64,000 nucleotides of DNA, from assembly GCA_038087875.1 (NCBI GenBank), contig CM075989.1, positions 1,674,001-1,738,000 on the forward strand, read 5' to 3'. The DNA comes from Malacoraja senta. Taxonomy: Eukaryota. The notes below the pieces were generated by a model. That model was given only the letters and a program-made list of their open reading frames with translations, was not told where the DNA came from and made no database searches. Below, in pieces: positions 61,979 through 64,000 of the stretch; position 1 is the first letter of the stretch, and each line of letters starts with the position of its first letter. The translations under genes were made by a program, and so were the position numbers.

Positions 61979-64000
61979 TTTTACTTCGGAGTCACGTAAG
62001 TGACTACATGAAGAGCCCGCCAGGGCGCATGCGCGACATATCGCTAGCGCAGGCGGGGGGGGGGGGGGGGGAACGCTCCCCGCAGCGGTAAGCTTAAAAC
62101 AGAGACCTACAGATAAGTTTCTTACTCTGAGGTAGTTTTTCGTGTGTCTTTCTGTTCCAGGAAGGGCAACGATGGACAGGACCCGTACCAAGTCCAAACG
62201 AGCCGCTAAGAAACTGGCTCAGGAGGACCGCGGAAGTACCGGGAGCCAGCAGCGGCCGACTGCAGCACCGCACCTTTGCGATCAGCGGTCTCTGTCCGGG
62301 CACCTGTGCAGCCTGGGTCGCCACAGGCTGACAGGAACGCCAATAGATTGGACACGCTCATGGACTCCGATGTGTCGGGCCATGAGCAAACGGCGCCGGC
62401 AAACAGCGACAGTAGTCGCATTACACGTCTGGAGCGGCTAGTGGAGCAATTGCTTCACCGTGACAAACTCCGTGAGCAGGAGTCAAGTCACTACCGGCTT
62501 CCGAGGAAGCCCATGGCAGTACCTTTTTCAGGGCTGCACAATGTATCTCCCTCGACAGAGGGGAGCATTGGGAATCATTTCTGGGCTGACTCCGAACAAG
62601 GGTTGGCTGAAGATACCTCAAGTGTGCAGGGGGTGCCAGAAGAGAAGATGCTGGGCATGGTGAAAAAGTTTGCGGTGCCTCCACAGTCAGGGCAGCCGCT
62701 GAAACAACAACTAGCAGCCAGCATTGACTACCTATCAACCCATCAATTACAAGAACAGGCAGTTAATGAAACTACTGCAAAATACCTGGCACCAGGGAAC
62801 TGTACTTCACTGAATTTCCCAGCAGTGAATCCCTCCATCTGGGGACATATTGGTGCAGGTGTAAGGGCACAGGAGGTACAAATGCAGAAAATCCTTCAAC
62901 TTTTAACAACTGGGATTACAGCATTTGCCCGGTCGGTGGATGACACGGAAATGACAGAGGCTCAGCAAGATACGCTGGCGTGGCTCTGCAATACACATTT
63001 CAAGATGAACTGTTTCCGTAAGAACTCCATCCTCCCAGCCTTGAACCCCAAATTTGCGTCTCTGTGTAAGACCAACACCACACCGCCGCCAATTTTGTTA
63101 TTTGGGGGCAACCTGTCCAAACAGGTTAAAGACCTGGATGAAGAGGCGAAAGCCGCCGGGCTCATCAAGGCATCGGGGAAAATACCTCGGCGACAGCACC
63201 CCTACGCATCCACCAGCAGGCCACGTCACATCGAAGCTGGTGAAAGCTCGAAGGCCGCAACTCAAGGACAAAGGTCTTTTTAGACCGCGGCCCAGAGCGA
63301 CCTTCGTGGAAGATGCGCCAACCCTGAATACCAGCACCTCAATCGGCCAAGAAACAGAAGAAAAAGAGATGAACACCCCACTGGGTAACCATGGAGGTAG
63401 GTGGGTCTGGTTCCTCCCAGGGACTTAGCGGGTGCAATGGATACACTTGTTGGTGGTAGGTTACACTGGTTTAATGAGGCATGGAGATCAATAACCTCTG
63501 ATTCTTATACACTGCATAGTGTTCAAGGGTATGAAATTGAATTAGAAAACAAACGCCTTCCTCCGGTTCAGCATGCGCCCATCAGATCATTTATTCTATC
63601 ACAACAAGAGAAGTTGGATGGTCATGCTGAAATTAAGAGGCTTTATACTAAGGGTGTAATTGAGAGATCTCAACATGAGTCTCAGAATTTGTGTCAAACA
63701 TTTTCACAAAAAAGAAAAAAGATGGTGGATGTCGCATCATTATTGATTTAAGACAATTGAACACATTTGTGCAGTATACTCACTTCAAAATGGAAACCTT
63801 TGACACGGCCAAACAATTGATTTCCGAAGGCTACTTCATGGCATGCATCGATTTAAAAGATGCATACTATTCGGTCCCTATACACAAGGATCACCGCCGA
63901 TATCTGAAGTTTAACTGGATGGGGCAGCTTTGGCAGTACAAAGCACTACCTAATGGGTTGACCTCAGCCCCCAGATTATTCACTAAATTACTGAAACTAG
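61979..64000 (+). mobile_element. DIRS1-type retrotransposon 5' half, truncated by the window end
   Basis: Starts TTTTACTTCGGAGTCACG like the 17380 terminus. Gag-like ORF 62276-63283; RT motifs GGRL..W, KKDGGCRIIIDL, HFKME, IDLKDAYY, LPNGLTSAPRLFTK with a frameshift near 63680. Confidence 0.92.

Overview
Eukaryotic, repeat-dominated DNA. The repeat repertoire (HE1-like tRNA-derived SINEs, HER1/CR1 LINEs) points to a cartilaginous fish, probably a skate or ray (inference). No intact host gene is recognisable. Most of the window is nested transposons: about 20 SINEs, many CR1 and Rex1/Babar LINE pieces, an L1 3' end, two Vingi/Ingi-like 3' ends, Penelope-like elements with minimal hammerhead motifs, PIF/Harbinger MITEs plus a decayed Myb/MADF gene, and DIRS1-type retrotransposons (one complete, one truncated by the window edge, one 3' end). 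Three signals stand out. (1) Two TSD-flanked copies of a ~175-bp element begin with a 53-nt minimal HDV-like ribozyme fold and end in a Vingi-like tail. (2) Three different Harbinger elements sit at the same site of the SINE head. (3) The unique DNA between transposons reads on the minus strand as a shattered, stop-riddled gene with giant exons rich in N-glycosylation sequons. All calls are by eye, and boundaries without TSDs are approximate.
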